This document shows positions 34,830 through 48,332 of a DNA stretch of 64,000 bases, one piece after another. Positions within the stretch are counted from its first letter, which is position 1, and each line of letters starts with the position of its first letter. The position numbers and the translations under genes were made by a program. A model generated the notes under the pieces. It saw only the letters and a list, made by a program, of their open reading frames with translations, made no database searches and had not been told where the DNA came from. Origin of the DNA: Alloascoidea hylecoeti (lineage: Eukaryota); the NCBI GenBank assembly GCA_001600815.1, contig BCKZ01000005.1, positions 850,875 through 914,874 on the forward strand, written 5' to 3'.

Positions 34830-37800
34830 TTATAAAACAAATTCATCGGTAGTAACGTCTAAACTCATATTTAATATTGCACCACATGCCCAATTCCAAT
34901 CATACACTTCAACTTTATTATCACCATACAAAGTCTTCTTAAACATTTCGATAAATCTTCTATCTTGTGGTTTGGAGATCATAATATATCTCTTTTCGCC
35001 ATGTTCTAATTCCAGACATGGTTGAAAATGCTTAGTACGTGCTGATTTAATAGGACAAACTTTTGCACCATGAGTTGTCATAATTCGGCTCACAACATCG
35101 ATACCACCATTAACCTGTGGCGTTATATTAAATGTCAAACCAGAAAACAATAATTTGTTTTGCTTTATTAAATTCCTTGATACATCTAATGATTTTGATA
35201 TATTTATTTGCTCATCACCTTCTAATTTATGGTTATCAAGTTTTAATGTATCAACCATTTTTGAATTAATGTACAACTTAGTAACTTCACTTGCATCAAT
35301 TGGCATTTCTTCTTGTGTCTCTTCATAATGATAACCAAAACAAGCTAAAACAATATCAAGATATGAAGTTGAAATAATATCAATTCCATATCTCAATGAA
35401 CATAAAAATTTTTCTGTGCGGCACACCCTTGGAGCAAACAATGTATTCGCTTCAGATATATCATTTATAATGGTTATACCAAATTGAGTCAAATGATTAA
35501 GTTGTGACTTACTAATTATGGTGTCATAGCCTGTTATAATAGCTTTGATATTAACGTAAGGCATGGAAACAGTAGCAATGTCATCTCTAATAGGTGATGA
35601 TGTTCCAGGAACTGCATCGCTATCCGTTGAATTATGTTTTGAAGATTTATAACGTTTTGACGGAGTTAAAGCATTCAAACTCTCCAATTGTTTAATTTTT
35701 TGTAGTTGTTCAATTTCAATTGGTAATAAAGGAGCGTTATGATTCTTAAGCTTTGATTGCTTCAAGTAAAGATTTAAATCAACCATATCTTCATGTAGTT
35801 TCCTAACAGCCTTATCTTTTGCTTTACGTGATGTGCTATGATATTCTTCTCCTGATGTTGGTGTAAGATTCAAAATTGAAATAGTTGACGGTGTTTCAAT
35901 GGTATTTTGTTTTCTCTTAGTTGGTATTGATAAAGGAGTTTTAGGAAGAACTTTTGGACCATATGGGGAGCTTTTATTGTTATTTTGATCGGAAGTATTA
36001 ATTACTTCATTATTTTCCTTATTAGATGGTGTTTTTTCAATTTGTTTTACTGCTACCCTATGATTTCCTTTTATTAAAGGTTTTTGATTTATATTTAACC
36101 TTTGAAGTGATCCGAGCTTTGGAGTCTTTTTGTTTTCTTTGATTTCGATACTCACATCTACAGGATCAGTCATTGGTTCATCCTCATAGAATCTTTTTAA
36201 TACTTCTAGATCCAGTTTAGTTTCACCAATAGGTTCTACAGTATTTTCCGTAGTTGGCAAAGCTGCATATCTTGGATGTGAAACATCTTGCAATTCCCAT
36301 TTTGCATAGCTATCTTCAAGCCATAAATGATTGACAACAACTACATCCCATTGTGATGCAGCATCATATTTCATACCAAATCTTCTTGAGCAAATTAAAT
36401 GTGTGTTTATTGGTCTAAATGGTTTAGTAAACTTTGCACCTAATGCTTCAATTAAACTAGATAAATAATATCTTGAATCACCTGTATAATTTGTAGCTGA
36501 TATAACATTATTTTCCATTCCTTTTAAAGGGCCTCTAACTCTAGGATAATGTAATAAATAACGTGTTGCCAATGAAAATGTATGATGTACAAGCATATAG
36601 AAAAGCCATTCAAGATTTCCAACGTGTAAATTGTTCCTACTTGCTGTGATATAGGATTTACCGTCTCTATATTCAGTTATTAATATATCAACACGTCTTG
36701 GTGTTAAGGGAACATCAGATTTAACGAAAGAACCACCAGCATATTCAATAGCCTGTTTTAAAAATATAATTGATCTTGAAGATAAATTTAATCGTTCATC
36801 TATTGAAAATCTTTTCCCATTAAAGAAAGGGGGTGAAGATGATGGTATCTGACTGGAATCTGATGCTGGGAAATCGTAAATGTCCGAATCAAGTTGCTTC
36901 ATGACTTCATCATTAGAAACATCACTAAGATCTATTTTATTTTCAGAATCCCAAGACCCAATAATAGGAGGTTCAGGAAACATATATGGTGTTTCATCGA
37001 CACGTTTTCTCAATTTAATACAATCCTCGATCCTATATAGTCTATTGTTAGCAATGAAATATTTTATAATATTATCTGTAATTTAAATTTAATCACATAC
37101 CAATGAGGAAGAACCACTTTTATACCTCTCTTTACTGCAAATAATGCCATTTTACACTTTCTATCATTTGGATCAATTGCAACAACATGCGTTGTAAATT
37201 TTGTAAGAGAATCCATATACTGACCACCAAAAGCATGAACAGCAGCATATAAAGCTAGTTTATCAGGTTCTGGCAAGCCACTTGCCGAAATAAATATATC
37301 TGAAAAGAAATATTTTGGATCTGGTGAATAGGGTCGTATTCTAAACGATCATGTTAGTAATCTGTTTTATTATTGTTTATTTAAAAGAATTCGCATTACG
37401 CTTACGTTATTACTCGATCTCTTTTAATTGAATCTTCTATCCATTCTGGCCTCGCAACAGGAATCATTCTTTTGTCAGCTTCTTCATAATCTGAAAAATT
37501 AATATTTGTTGTAATAATATGTGTAATTGTTGAGAAATCTATTGATACGTTATTGTCGCTGACTCTGACCCCCATGGCCCCATTATTTTCCAAGATACTT
37601 CTTAACTATTTAAATTTGATTTGTTAATGGTTAATAAACGTTGTAGATCTTGGTGAAATTTAAAATAAAGAGGTCCTTACCTCATTTGCTCGGGACTCGT
37701 CAAGTTCATCACTTTTAATTATATGAAAAGTTAAATGTTTGAATAAAAACTCCGGTAGAGTTACACGGGCAGGGATATTCAACGTCTCTGGTTGTCTATC

Positions 37801-37830
37801 TGGTTCTGTTCTGAGATCAACTTTTGACAT
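34830..37830 (-). CDS. RTT107: Multi-BRCT DNA-damage scaffold Rtt107/Brc1 (exons 37830-37681, 37605-37406, 37340-37101, 37032-34830)
   Basis: BRCT motifs RPYSPDP, TTHVVA, VVLPHWIEDC, GNLEWL, TNYTGDSRYYL..LI...GA.FT, VVNHLWLEDSY and RTEKFL. Three GT-AG introns with branch sites keep the frame. Confidence 0.88.
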
Positions 37831-37861
37831 TTTTGAAGATGAATATAAAATGAGTACAAAA

Positions 37862-37906
37862 CACGAAAAATATAAAAAACAACGCGAAAACGCGTTTGTT
37901 ACCCGG
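37862..37906. promoter_or_regulatory. SCB/MCB cell-cycle boxes plus Reb1 site in 141-bp divergent promoter
   Basis: CACGAAA 37862, CGCGAAA 37883, ACGCGT 37890 and TTACCCGG 37899, immediately upstream of a DNA-repair gene. Confidence 0.65.
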
Positions 37907-37971
37907 ATGTACCACACAGCTTTTTAATAACCGTAATGAAATTAATTGTGTCCACCTTCATTTTTTATTTA

Positions 37972-38785
37972 ATGGTATTTACATACTTACAGAACACCTT
38001 TTAATTATTATATTGAATTATGGTCTAACAGCCTCCTCAGTCTCGATATCGCGGCTCCAAAAATCCTCTTCCAATAGTAATAACAAATGTTTTGAAGTTA
38101 TAATTATAACCTAATTATTTATTCTAACATATGGAATATTCAAATTTATAACAGACACAAGCAGCTAAAGATGCAGCCAAATCTTTCTTTTGCGATCTAT
38201 GCCAAAAGGCAAGTAATAATATTAATGCTGATATTAATATGAAATGAATCTGTAACTAATAATTCGTATAGGGGTATTCTAGAATGATGGAATATGATGC
38301 TCATCTCAGCAGTTATGAACATTTACACACAAAGGTAATATTAGTCTTATCAAATATCTTTGAAGATGTTTTACTAATAAAATGTATAGAGACTAAAAGA
38401 TTTGAAACAAATGCAAAGGTCATTAATAAAAAATGATGATTATAAGACTAGGAAAGCTAAAGAAATGAATGAAGCTGGAATTGTCCCGATTAATGTTTCT
38501 TTATCATCTGTAGGCAAACCAAAGCTTAAAAAAGGAGGTTTTAAGAGAATAGGTAATTCTTCAATTAATAATAAAGGAAGGTTATTAGAAACAACTTCTA
38601 CTTCTGCTATCGAATCAAATCATAATGATACAAAGTTAAAAGAACTATCTGATACTACAAATCATTCACAACCACGGAAATTTCTGGGCACCCATCAGAT
38701 TGCAACTACAGAAGACGAAGATAGCGACGGAGGTGACTATGTTCGTTATGACCCAAGACATCCTACAGCTCTACAGCCGCAGTAA
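37972..38785 (+). CDS. Small C2H2 (matrin/U1-type) zinc-finger protein; exons 37972-37974, 38032-38076, 38155-38208, 38272-38334, 38390-38785
   Basis: Spliced product reads M-PPQSRYRGSKNPLPI-TQAAKDAAKSFFCDLCQK-GYSRMMEYDAHLSSYEHLHTK-RLKDLKQMQR...KKGGFK. Each intron has a CTAAY branch and an AG. The first exon (ATG only) is least certain. Confidence 0.75.
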
Positions 38786-38855
38786 TGACTTTTTCATTAA
38801 TATATAGTATCATGTTAAAATTCCAGCAAATATATGGTAATTTGTACATTTATAG

Positions 38856-41239
38856 CTAACCATGTAACAATTTAGAAGATAGCGCTTCAAGATCCGCCAA
38901 TGTTTCTGGCTCATCGACCTCAATAATTTTACCACCTTTATCTTTGTTATGTTGGTATTTCTTAGACATCTTAGTTAGTCTTTCATGATCACTTTCGGAT
39001 TGTGATTAGATGCAACACTTGATTGATTGATTAAAATCACAGGACTATCGGTACCATCATTTTCCTCGAGTTCACGAAGTTTTCGTTCAGCTTCCTTTTG
39101 TTTTCTTTTCTTTGCTAATATTTTATCCCTTTGAAGATCTTTATCATCAACATCAGCGGTGATCATCTGTTCAGTTTCTCTTTCAATAAATTTAGCCTGT
39201 TGTTCAGTTGCAGTACCATCAGATTTAAAGTCTTCCTCACCTTTAAGCTCATAGAGAGTAGGGGACTCCATCATCATCAAATATAAGTTTTGTAGGATTT
39301 CCTTTCTCTTTTAAAGAAGCTTTACGAGAAACAGCACGTTTCATGGCCTTATTTGAAGTGGGTAATTCATGTAAATCAGCATCATCACCATCATTTTTAA
39401 CAAGGTTTCGGTAATGTTTCGACAATACATCTTGATTCTTTCTAGGGAATAATATTTGATATTTATCCTTTGGTTGATCATCTTTTTTCTTTCTGATTAC
39501 CACCTTCATCACCTCTTGCAACTACAATAATTTTTCTTGAAGTATTTTTTAATTCTTTACTTCTACTGCCATTTCCTGAAGGTTTTATAATTATTGGTTC
39601 TCCACTTAATCCTAAACTTTCAGCATATTCTTTTAAAGGGATATGATCAACATTAAAAATAGATTTATCATTTTGAGTTAAAATTGATTTATAATATGAT
39701 ATAAGAGCCCTTCGTGCTAAATTTTTATAATCTGGAGCTGACTTATCATCACTCTTTTTAGCACATAGATTGTGTAATTCATTTTTAATTGATTTTTTTT
39801 TTTATCTTTGCAAATTTTTAAATTATTAACTTCAATTTTTTTTCCCTTGAAGTCTTGCTAACATTCCTTACTCTTCGGATTTTGTTAATAATAATAAACT
39901 TTGACCTTTTCTACCAAACCTTGCAGTTCTACCTGCTCTATGAACATAAGTATCAACATCTTCAAACATCTTCTGAGGCATTAACTTGTATTACCCATTA
40001 AACAGGAAAGTCCAAACCTCTCGCAACAATATCAGTTGCTAATAAGCAAGCATGTTCAGCTCTTGAAAACTTTGAAGTTTTTTTTTTTATTCTTCCAGCT
40101 TGTTTCGTGTTTCCATCTAAAGATATTAATGATATACCAGGCTGTAAAGTTTTAAAAGTTTCAAAGACAAATCTAACCTGTTTTGAAGATGAAAAGAATT
40201 CAATCACTTTTGATTTTGTATGACTTCTTATAAAACTATATAAAATATTCAATTTATCTTCAAGATTAACAATTGAATAACTTTGTTGTAAAGATTTTGG
40301 AGTTGCTGAAGTATCTTCAGGAGCTGAAGTTATAAATGATGAATTGATTAAACTTAATCGTGCTAAATCATTAATTGATTTTTGTTGAGTTGCTGAAAAT
40401 AAAAATGTTTGTCTATCAATTGGTAAACTTTCAATAATATTATCCATAGTTTGCTTAAAACCCATATCTAATATTCTATCTGCTTCATCTAATATTAACA
40501 TTTTTAAATTTTTTGTATCAAAATCATGAGATTCAAAAATATCTTGTAATAATCGACCTGGTGTTGATATAATTATATTTAATTTCCCAATTCTTTCTTG
40601 TTCATCTTGATAACTTTTCTCACTTGTTAATAAACTAACAGAAAATGAATGAAATTTACTAATGCTTTTTAAAATATTAAAATTTTGTATTGCAAGTTCT
40701 CAAGTTGGTGATATAATTAAAGCACCCAATCCATCTAATTGTGTCCATTTATTGAGGTATAAAACTTCTAATAACGGCATTAAAAATGCTAAAGTTTTAC
40801 CTGATCCTGTTCGTGCTGCTCCAAGAATATCATGTCCTTTAGGTGATTTGATAATTGAACGTCTTTGGATATCAGTACTTTTTAGAAAATGAGCTCTTTT
40901 TTAAACCTTATAATGTTCCTTTTGATAAAGGAAGATCTGAAAATTGACTTATTGGTGTACTCCCGTTCTTTTTTAAAATTATATTATGAATTTCAACTGC
41001 ATAAACTTAAAAAAGCTACATGTAAAAGTAATATCCGATTAATAAATATCAGCCATCTCACCAAATTCTCTAATTCAAAAAAATATATGAATATTATTAA
41101 AGCCAACCAATAAACTTACAAATTCTTGAATTTTTGTTTCAAGGTCTTTAATAAAATCTTCTTCATTCTCTTTTTTAATCTGTCTTTTAGATAACTTTGG
41201 AGTTGTTTTACTTTTCTGACTTTTTCGTGGTTTTGACAT
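38856..41239 (-). pseudogene. DBP4: DEAD-box RNA helicase Dbp4/Hca4 pseudogene (retains first intron)
   Basis: [64 protein letters not shown] and C-terminal EPETLADLEAL. In-frame stops (TL*GL, SPT*EL) and several frameshifts. Confidence 0.88.
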
Positions 41240-41351
41240 CTTAATTCTTTCTTTTACAAGGATGACAATTCAAAAATTGTTTAGCACGTGATCTATGATA
41301 TTATGTAATCATTATAAATGCGAACAGATTTCTTTCTACTTTGTACCAAGT

Positions 41352-42167
41352 ATGTCAGAAAGAAATGCCAGGTATATGACAAGTAGCCATAGTTCAAGAC
41401 AAAGAAGACGATCTAAATCTCCTAGTGATCGACCAAGGAGAAAGTCAAACGAGAATGATGATAGTTACAAGAGCTCATCTCATCGTGCATCACGACGTGA
41501 TGATAAATATTATAAACGGGATAGGTATAAATATGATGAAAGAAGGTCGAACAGAAGCAGAAGTCGAGACAGAAGTCATGAAAGATCGAGGTATAGGAAT
41601 GACCGATCAAAATATGACGATGGGATGGGTCAAAGAACCGGAACAGGGAGTAATCAAATAGCCATTGGTGATAAAAATGATTATCCAGAAGAAGGGAAAA
41701 TTATTAAACCAAACTTCAAGCAATCGGGTTTATTGGCAAAGGCTTCAAATACGCTAAATGGAACTGCAATGAAATATTTTGAGCCTCCGGATTCTCATAT
41801 GCCTTCTCCTAAACGAACAATTGCTTTATATGTTTTTGAAGGAGATAAATTGGTTGAAAAAATTCTGTTAAACAAAAGAAGTTGGTATTTATTTGGTAGG
41901 GATGTTACTGTTTCACATATAACATTATCTGACAACTCTTGTTCCAAACAACATGCTGTGATTCAATTCAGGTGTAAAAGAACTAAGAATGAATTTGGAG
42001 ATGTTTCTGAAATCATAAGACCTTATATTATTGATTTAGAATCAGTCAATAGTACATTCTTAAATAATGAAGAAATTCCATCAAGTCGTTATGTTGAATT
42101 AATACCAAAAGATATTATAAAATTCGGAGATGCGACTAAAGAATATGTTGTGATGGTCATAGATTGA
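41352..42167 (+). CDS. PML1: RES-complex FHA protein Pml1/SNIP1
   Basis: RS-rich N-terminus, KPNF..SGLLA..SN, KY.EPPD, and FHA motifs YLFGRD...SCSKQHAVIQFR...PYIIDLES.N.TFLN. Start more likely 41352 than 41295. Confidence 0.92.
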   Translation: MSERNARYMTSSHSSRQRRRSKSPSDRPRRKSNENDDSYKSSSHRASRRDDKYYKRDRYKYDERRSNRSRSRDRSHERSRYRNDRSKYDDGMGQRTGTGSNQIAIGDKNDYPEEGKIIKPNFKQSGLLAKASNTLNGTAMKYFEPPDSHMPSPKRTIALYVFEGDKLVEKILLNKRSWYLFGRDVTVSHITLSDNSCSKQHAVIQFRCKRTKNEFGDVSEIIRPYIIDLESVNSTFLNNEEIPSSRYVELIPKDIIKFGDATKEYVVMVID

Positions 42168-44302
42168 TTTCAATTCATCATGATGAATTACAAATCTAAC
42201 TGGTAAAGCCGCTGATTCCACTTCATGATCATTTACTATCCGTTCTATACCATATGCTTAATGATATATGAATTCATGATCACCAACGTTGATGTTATAA
42301 TTAAAGTCTTTCAAATATGTTCGAAACGTTAACTTTTGCATACTTGGATTATAGCCACTCACTGTTCCTATACCTGTTATAAATTAAATCCAAATCGGTC
42401 ACAATATTGTCTGGGATCTTTTTTTTATATAAATTATTGTAATAACAATAGATTATATTGAAACCTTGTTTTAATTTATTTATAATTAATTACTAAGTAT
42501 AGAAGAGGATATCTCCATTCGGATTTATGATTACAAGAAAAGGTAAATAAGATCACGTCTATTAATTAAAAGAGTATCCTACCCTTCTTAAAGGAGGGAA
42601 TGTGTGGTTTTAAATGACTTGATGAAGAATCTATTTTTTTTGAGGGGGTTAATTTGTATTATACATGAAACACGGGTTTGGTAAAAATTCCTATATCTAT
42701 CTTTATCTTCCCAATCGCAAGTTTAGGTTAGTCTATAATATTAACTGAAGATACACAATATCTAGTAGTTGAAATTGTTTTATGATGGTTTTACCCTTCA
42801 TGTTTTCAATTGTGTTTGATATCATTTTGCTAGCTAATTTTAGAATCGATATCCACTCGGTCGCCGAATGATCATATTCATCCATATATGCGGCTATCTA
42901 ATTAAATATTATACTGTTTCAATTGCCGTTACAATACCGGTTGGAAAGTTCTAGAAATGAATATTTATCACCAAAGGTTTAGAGATCTATATCTATAACT
43001 ACTATAGTACTGGGTATCCAAGTGTGACAGCGGCACCAAGTTGTATGTTTTAATAGAGCTAACGTTAACGTTAGTATTCTATTTTCGAATTTGAAAAGAA
43101 AAATATTCCAAATTGTTTGCATCAGGGAGATTTTAAATTATAATCGAGCAGAAAAAACAGCTGTCACCAAAGTAATTTAAATTAAAGGGTTTTATATAAA
43201 AATACCAAATATTAAAAACAAAAAACGATTGCAAAAAATTCTTTTGAATTTAAAAAAAGGATAGCCACCCTATTTTTATTATATCTCCTAAACTTATAAT
43301 CCCAATTCCAATTACAACTATTGACGATTGATATGACGGAGAAGCGTCGGAGATATATCAAATTTTGATTTGTCTAGGGAAATTGGTTCACGACGTTAGC
43401 GGGTATTAATTCTATCTACACATTTAATAGCAAGCTTAAGCTTATGAAAAAGGTGTTCAGGAAGATCATTCGTTAATTGCTGATATATAATTATATAATT
43501 AAAATTAAAATGGGACATAATGAGATGCATAGCAGTTTTAAGCAATTTTATCTTCCAAAATTTCATCTTTCTTGGAACATTTATTAATAAGATATGTACG
43601 TTGATCTTTATTAATCTTTACAATTACGAGGTGATCTTTATATAGATGAATAATAACTACCGATTATATGTAAATAATTAAAAACTGAATGAAACATACT
43701 CATTTTTATGAGCTTTGAGACTACTTTTAATGTTTGTCGAAGCAGGAGTTCAATCGTAACAGCAGTACTGTGACAACAAAAGAATTCCAAGCAACTATTA
43801 ACTGATCTTTAACCTTCCCGATAAACTGTGTGCCTACATTAATATTATGAGTATTGTAGATCGGCAAACCCATTTCCAAAGATCAAGCCCAAGTTTGTTT
43901 AAAATATCAAAAAAGGAGTGTTTTAATTCGACAAATCAACGATTTATTTACGATCTGGAAAAAGTCGATTTTCCCAATTGCAATTGCGAGATGCTTTTGC
44001 TTAAATGAAGTAAATTATAATTAAATAATTCATGTTTATATAGTTAAAGTCATGAGAATTATAAACGAACCTATAAAATTAAACAAAAAGACTCGTACCT
44101 TTCCTTCTTCTTAAAAATTTCTCCCCACTACTGACATTTCAAATAAATTAACCGAGTGCTGTAAACAACAACGAATCTCAATAACAAATTTAAAATAAAA
44201 TAAATATTAGTACTTCAATTTCACTGAAAAAAAACCATTCAGAGAAGTCTTACAGCTGCATATTAAATATTTTATTTCATCCTTTCCCTCTCTTATTTAT
44301 TT

Positions 44303-47300
44303 ATGATTTTACTATACATACTCCTATCCATTTTTCTGAGTTACTTGGTAGCTTACACTATTTTGTTTCCATATAACCAACAACAAGAAAAAGAACCACC
44401 TTCTGAAAAAGAGCTGAAAACTCCCACTCCCACATCCCCCGGTCCCGAAATTGAAACAGAAACAGAACCAGAACTAGACATGAAGATTACTGAAAAGTGC
44501 CCCATTTGCCATAGAAGATTTACTGTGTCTATCCGACGGCACAATTGCAGGTAAGTTCATAATCTTCTTACCCCTTGAAATTTCAACTATATAAGCATAT
44601 TAACTTTATTTTAGAAAATGTGGACGAGCAGTTTGTGATAATTGTTCCCATCACAAAGTCAATTTTATTCCCACAGGTGTAACACCAGATATCCAGTTTT
44701 TGGATGCTCCATTTGTTCCTCATAGAACATGTGATGATTGCATGGAGAAATATTTCATGGGAGAAGGTAAAATAAATCTAGTGGATGATCAGGAACCAAG
44801 CTTAGAAAGTAGCCACCGATTTCAAACATTAAATCCATTTGTTGGACATACAGGATCAACATCAGAATCTGAAGGAGATTCTAGTAATGATGATGGGAAT
44901 CATATTCCTCTTGATGGTATTTCTGAACCTGATCTTGATATAAATCCCTTGATTTCTAAAAATCTAAATACAGCTCCTGTTAGTTATTTTGATGACATTG
45001 TAGAACATGATCATCAGAATTCATATGATTCGCCATCAATGTCACCTTTGGAAACCTTCCCCAGTATTGATCGTGATCACGATTCAGTTCGTGTCAGAAC
45101 TCCCCCTGTATCCTCATATGGCATTCTAAATGAACCAGTTGTCAAACCTCGACTTTTACCAGATCCTGAGCCACTCACCACTATTCAACCACTTTTAGCA
45201 AAATTATTGACTATCCCTCCTCCTCTTCCTCCAAAAATCCCACAACGTCAACGTTCTCCTGCGGTTGCCGAGAGAAATTCAGATACTAATGAACCTGACT
45301 TTATTATACCACAACTAATTGATTCTCAACCTTCAACTAATGATTCTTTCACATCAGGGAATGAAAGAAGCACAAACTCAAGTCCCATTTTAAGCCGAAG
45401 AACCAGTAGCGATTCTGTTGATAAATCTTCCTTACCTGCCGCCCCAACTGCTGCATCCAATTATAAAGATCCCGTCAATGAACATCCGGTTCCAATTACC
45501 AAATATTTACCTAACAACAGGCAAGCAGATCTGAGGCGTAAATTAGGTGAACGGCCATATAGTGCTGATATTTCTTCATGGTTATTCAAAAATACATCAT
45601 CTCCAGTATCTGAATCACCACCACCCGTAAATCTGAGATCTTCACAATTACCAAAGCGGAGAAGAGCATCCCATCTTAACAAAGCATCTAGACCGATGAG
45701 TGCTGATATTACAGGTTGGAGTAATTATCTAAATCAAAATCCAATTCCAAGTAAACTTGGTAAATCTTCAATATTTTCTGGAAATGGTTATACTACTAAC
45801 CTTGATAGGTCTGGTGTAAGCGAGCATTCTAGTCATTCAAGATCAAGTTCACGTAATGGAAGTGCTGATAGTTTTAGAAAATTACAAGAACAAAAAGTTC
45901 CTTCACGGCCTTCAAGTGGTGATTATAGTAGAAAAGAAAATTTGAAAGAAAAGGAAACTCATACTCGTACTTCTGATTCACTCATCCCAAATTTAAGAGA
46001 AAAACCATCAAGACCAGTTAGCGTTATCATTTCTCCATGGTCATATTCTAATAATATAAAATCGCCGATTTCTTCTCCACATGAAAATTCTGGTCCTCAT
46101 AAGTCAAATGGTCAATTATCACCTCCTGATTCAACTGAAGCAGATCATAAACGAACAGTTAGTCCATTTGAAAAATTGTTAGATTCTTCAAAATTAGATT
46201 ATTTTGGAAATATTGCTAATCTTACTAATCTTGCTAATCATGGAAATTATGATACTCGTGGGTCTGTTCCTAATTCTGATCCAAGACAACATTCAGAACC
46301 AATTATTCCAAATCCAGAATCAATTTTTGTTCAAAGAGTTGAAGTTGCTGATCATAATGCAGTTGAAAATTTTGATGATATTTCACTTGGCTCATATGGT
46401 AAAGAGAATTTAAATCCAAGGAATTATTTATATAATAATTTATCATCAGTTCCAGATAATAATTATAAAGATGTTACAAATATCGAGAATTCTTTTATCC
46501 CCAGAGGACGTGCACCACCTTCTGTAATCAATACTAATAATAAGAAATATGAATTATCATCTCCTATCCAATTACAAACAGATGCCACTACTTCTAGTAA
46601 TCCACAACAGAATCAACAACAACAACGAGTGCTTCATAGAAATACTCAAATGGATGGAGTTAACCTTGGATCTGGTGAAAAGCCAATTCCATTTGAACAA
46701 ATTGTGAGAATGATTACTGCTTCTAAACAAGCCGCGGAAAGAGCAGCACAAATTTCAAGTAGAAGAAATTCAATGCCTATTTTCACGCCACCTAGAGATC
46801 TCGATAGTAATGAAATGGATAACATTGATTTTGTTAGTTTATCCGATCGTAGGTATGATAATGAATTCGAACAAAACAATGAGGACACTACACAAGTTGC
46901 TCCATCAATCCTTGAAGGTCACATTGACGATTTTTCAGATCATTTTGAGCCTGAAGAGAACCAGAGTTTCACTATGAATGATAATTATCAAGATGGGCGT
47001 ATTCGTTTACATGGAATTCAAGAACTCGATGAACAAACGGCGGAAACTTCAAATACAGCACCTGGTGAACCTGAGGAGCATGAAATTCCCGAGGAACATG
47101 AACATGAACATGAAGTTGAAGAAGTCGAGGTGCATGAAGTCGAAGTTGAAGATGTTGAAGATGTAGAGGAACATGTTGTAGAAGTACATGCAGTAGAAGT
47201 TCCTGAAATCGACAATTTTGCTGGACAGGATGTTAACGAGGTTGAATCTGAGGACCAAGAACAAAGTGAAATACAAGTAGAAGAACAAGCTGAAGTAGAA

Positions 47301-48332
47301 GATATTGTTCAACCACCAGTCGAGGGATTAGCCGAAGATTTAGAACAAATCGAAGAACATGAAGTTATTGAAGAACATGAAGTCATCGAAGAGCAAGAAG
47401 AATATCCTATCTCTAGCGATGGGCAAGAGGTTGAACGAATTACAGATATTCCTTCACAAACAGTTCCCGATACACAAGAAAATACTAGTTATGTTTATAG
47501 TGAAGATGAGTCTGATGATGATGAGGATCTGGTTGATGCTCTTGATAGTTTCTCTGTTGAAGAGACAGAAGAAGACCAAGACGAAAACCAAGACGAAGAC
47601 CAAGATGAAGACCGAGACCAAGCGCATGAACAAGAACAAGAACTACAGCAAGAATTACCCCAAGAGCTAGAACAAGAACGGGAGCACGAGTCAGAACAAG
47701 AACAGGAACAAGAAGGAGAAACAGAACTTGAACAGGAACAAGAAGAAACCACTGAACAGCTTGAAGATAATAATGCAGAGGTCCCTGAAATAGAGAATGC
47801 TACGAGTGAAATGGATCTAGAAGAACCAATACAAGAGATTCACTGCCCTGTTTGTAGCAGGAGTTTGAATGAATTCTCCTTAGAAGATAAAGAAATTCAC
47901 ATAAATGATTGTTTATTACGCGGTGAAGCCGATCATGTTCCTCCTCCAGAAGAAACTCCCGCTGAATTAGTAGTAGGCGATGAAGAAAGTACTTGTCCGG
48001 TTTGTGGTAATATTTTAGAAGATTTATCACAAAATGAGAAAGAAGCTCATATTGATCATTGTTTGATGCATCCAGAGGCCATTTCATCTAATGAACAGTG
48101 GAATACGAATAAAATGATTGTGTATAACTACAGAGCTCCAAAGGATGTTGATAATGATTCTGGTGATGATTCTGAAATGGTAACCGAATGCGTTATTTGT
48201 TTTGAAGACTTCGAAGAAGGAGAAAAAGTTGGAAGACTTCAATGTTTATGTGTCTATCATTTGGACTGTATCAAGCAATGGTTTGAAAGGAAAGGAGAAG
48301 GAAAATGTCCTGTTCATGCTCCAAGAAAATAA
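44303..48332 (+). CDS. PIB1: FYVE + 2x UBZ-like + RING-H2 E3 ubiquitin ligase, Pib1-like (exons 44303-44550, 44615-48332; ~1321 aa)
   Basis: Intron GTAAGT(44551)...TAG(44614) completes the FYVE CPIC...RRHNCRKCGRAVCDNCS...RTCDDC. C-terminal ECVICFEDF...RLQCLCVYH..CI..W...CPVH. Confidence 0.82.
47530..47770 (+). repeat. Acidic (EQ/ED) low-complexity coding repeats
   Basis: GAACAAGAA/GACCAAGAC iterations. Confidence 0.7.

Noticed and set aside
42170..42420. Coding-like minus-strand fragment (ITGIGTVSGYNPSMQKLTF...) downstream of PML1
   Set aside because: Contains a stop, has no clear start, and no family could be recognised with confidence.
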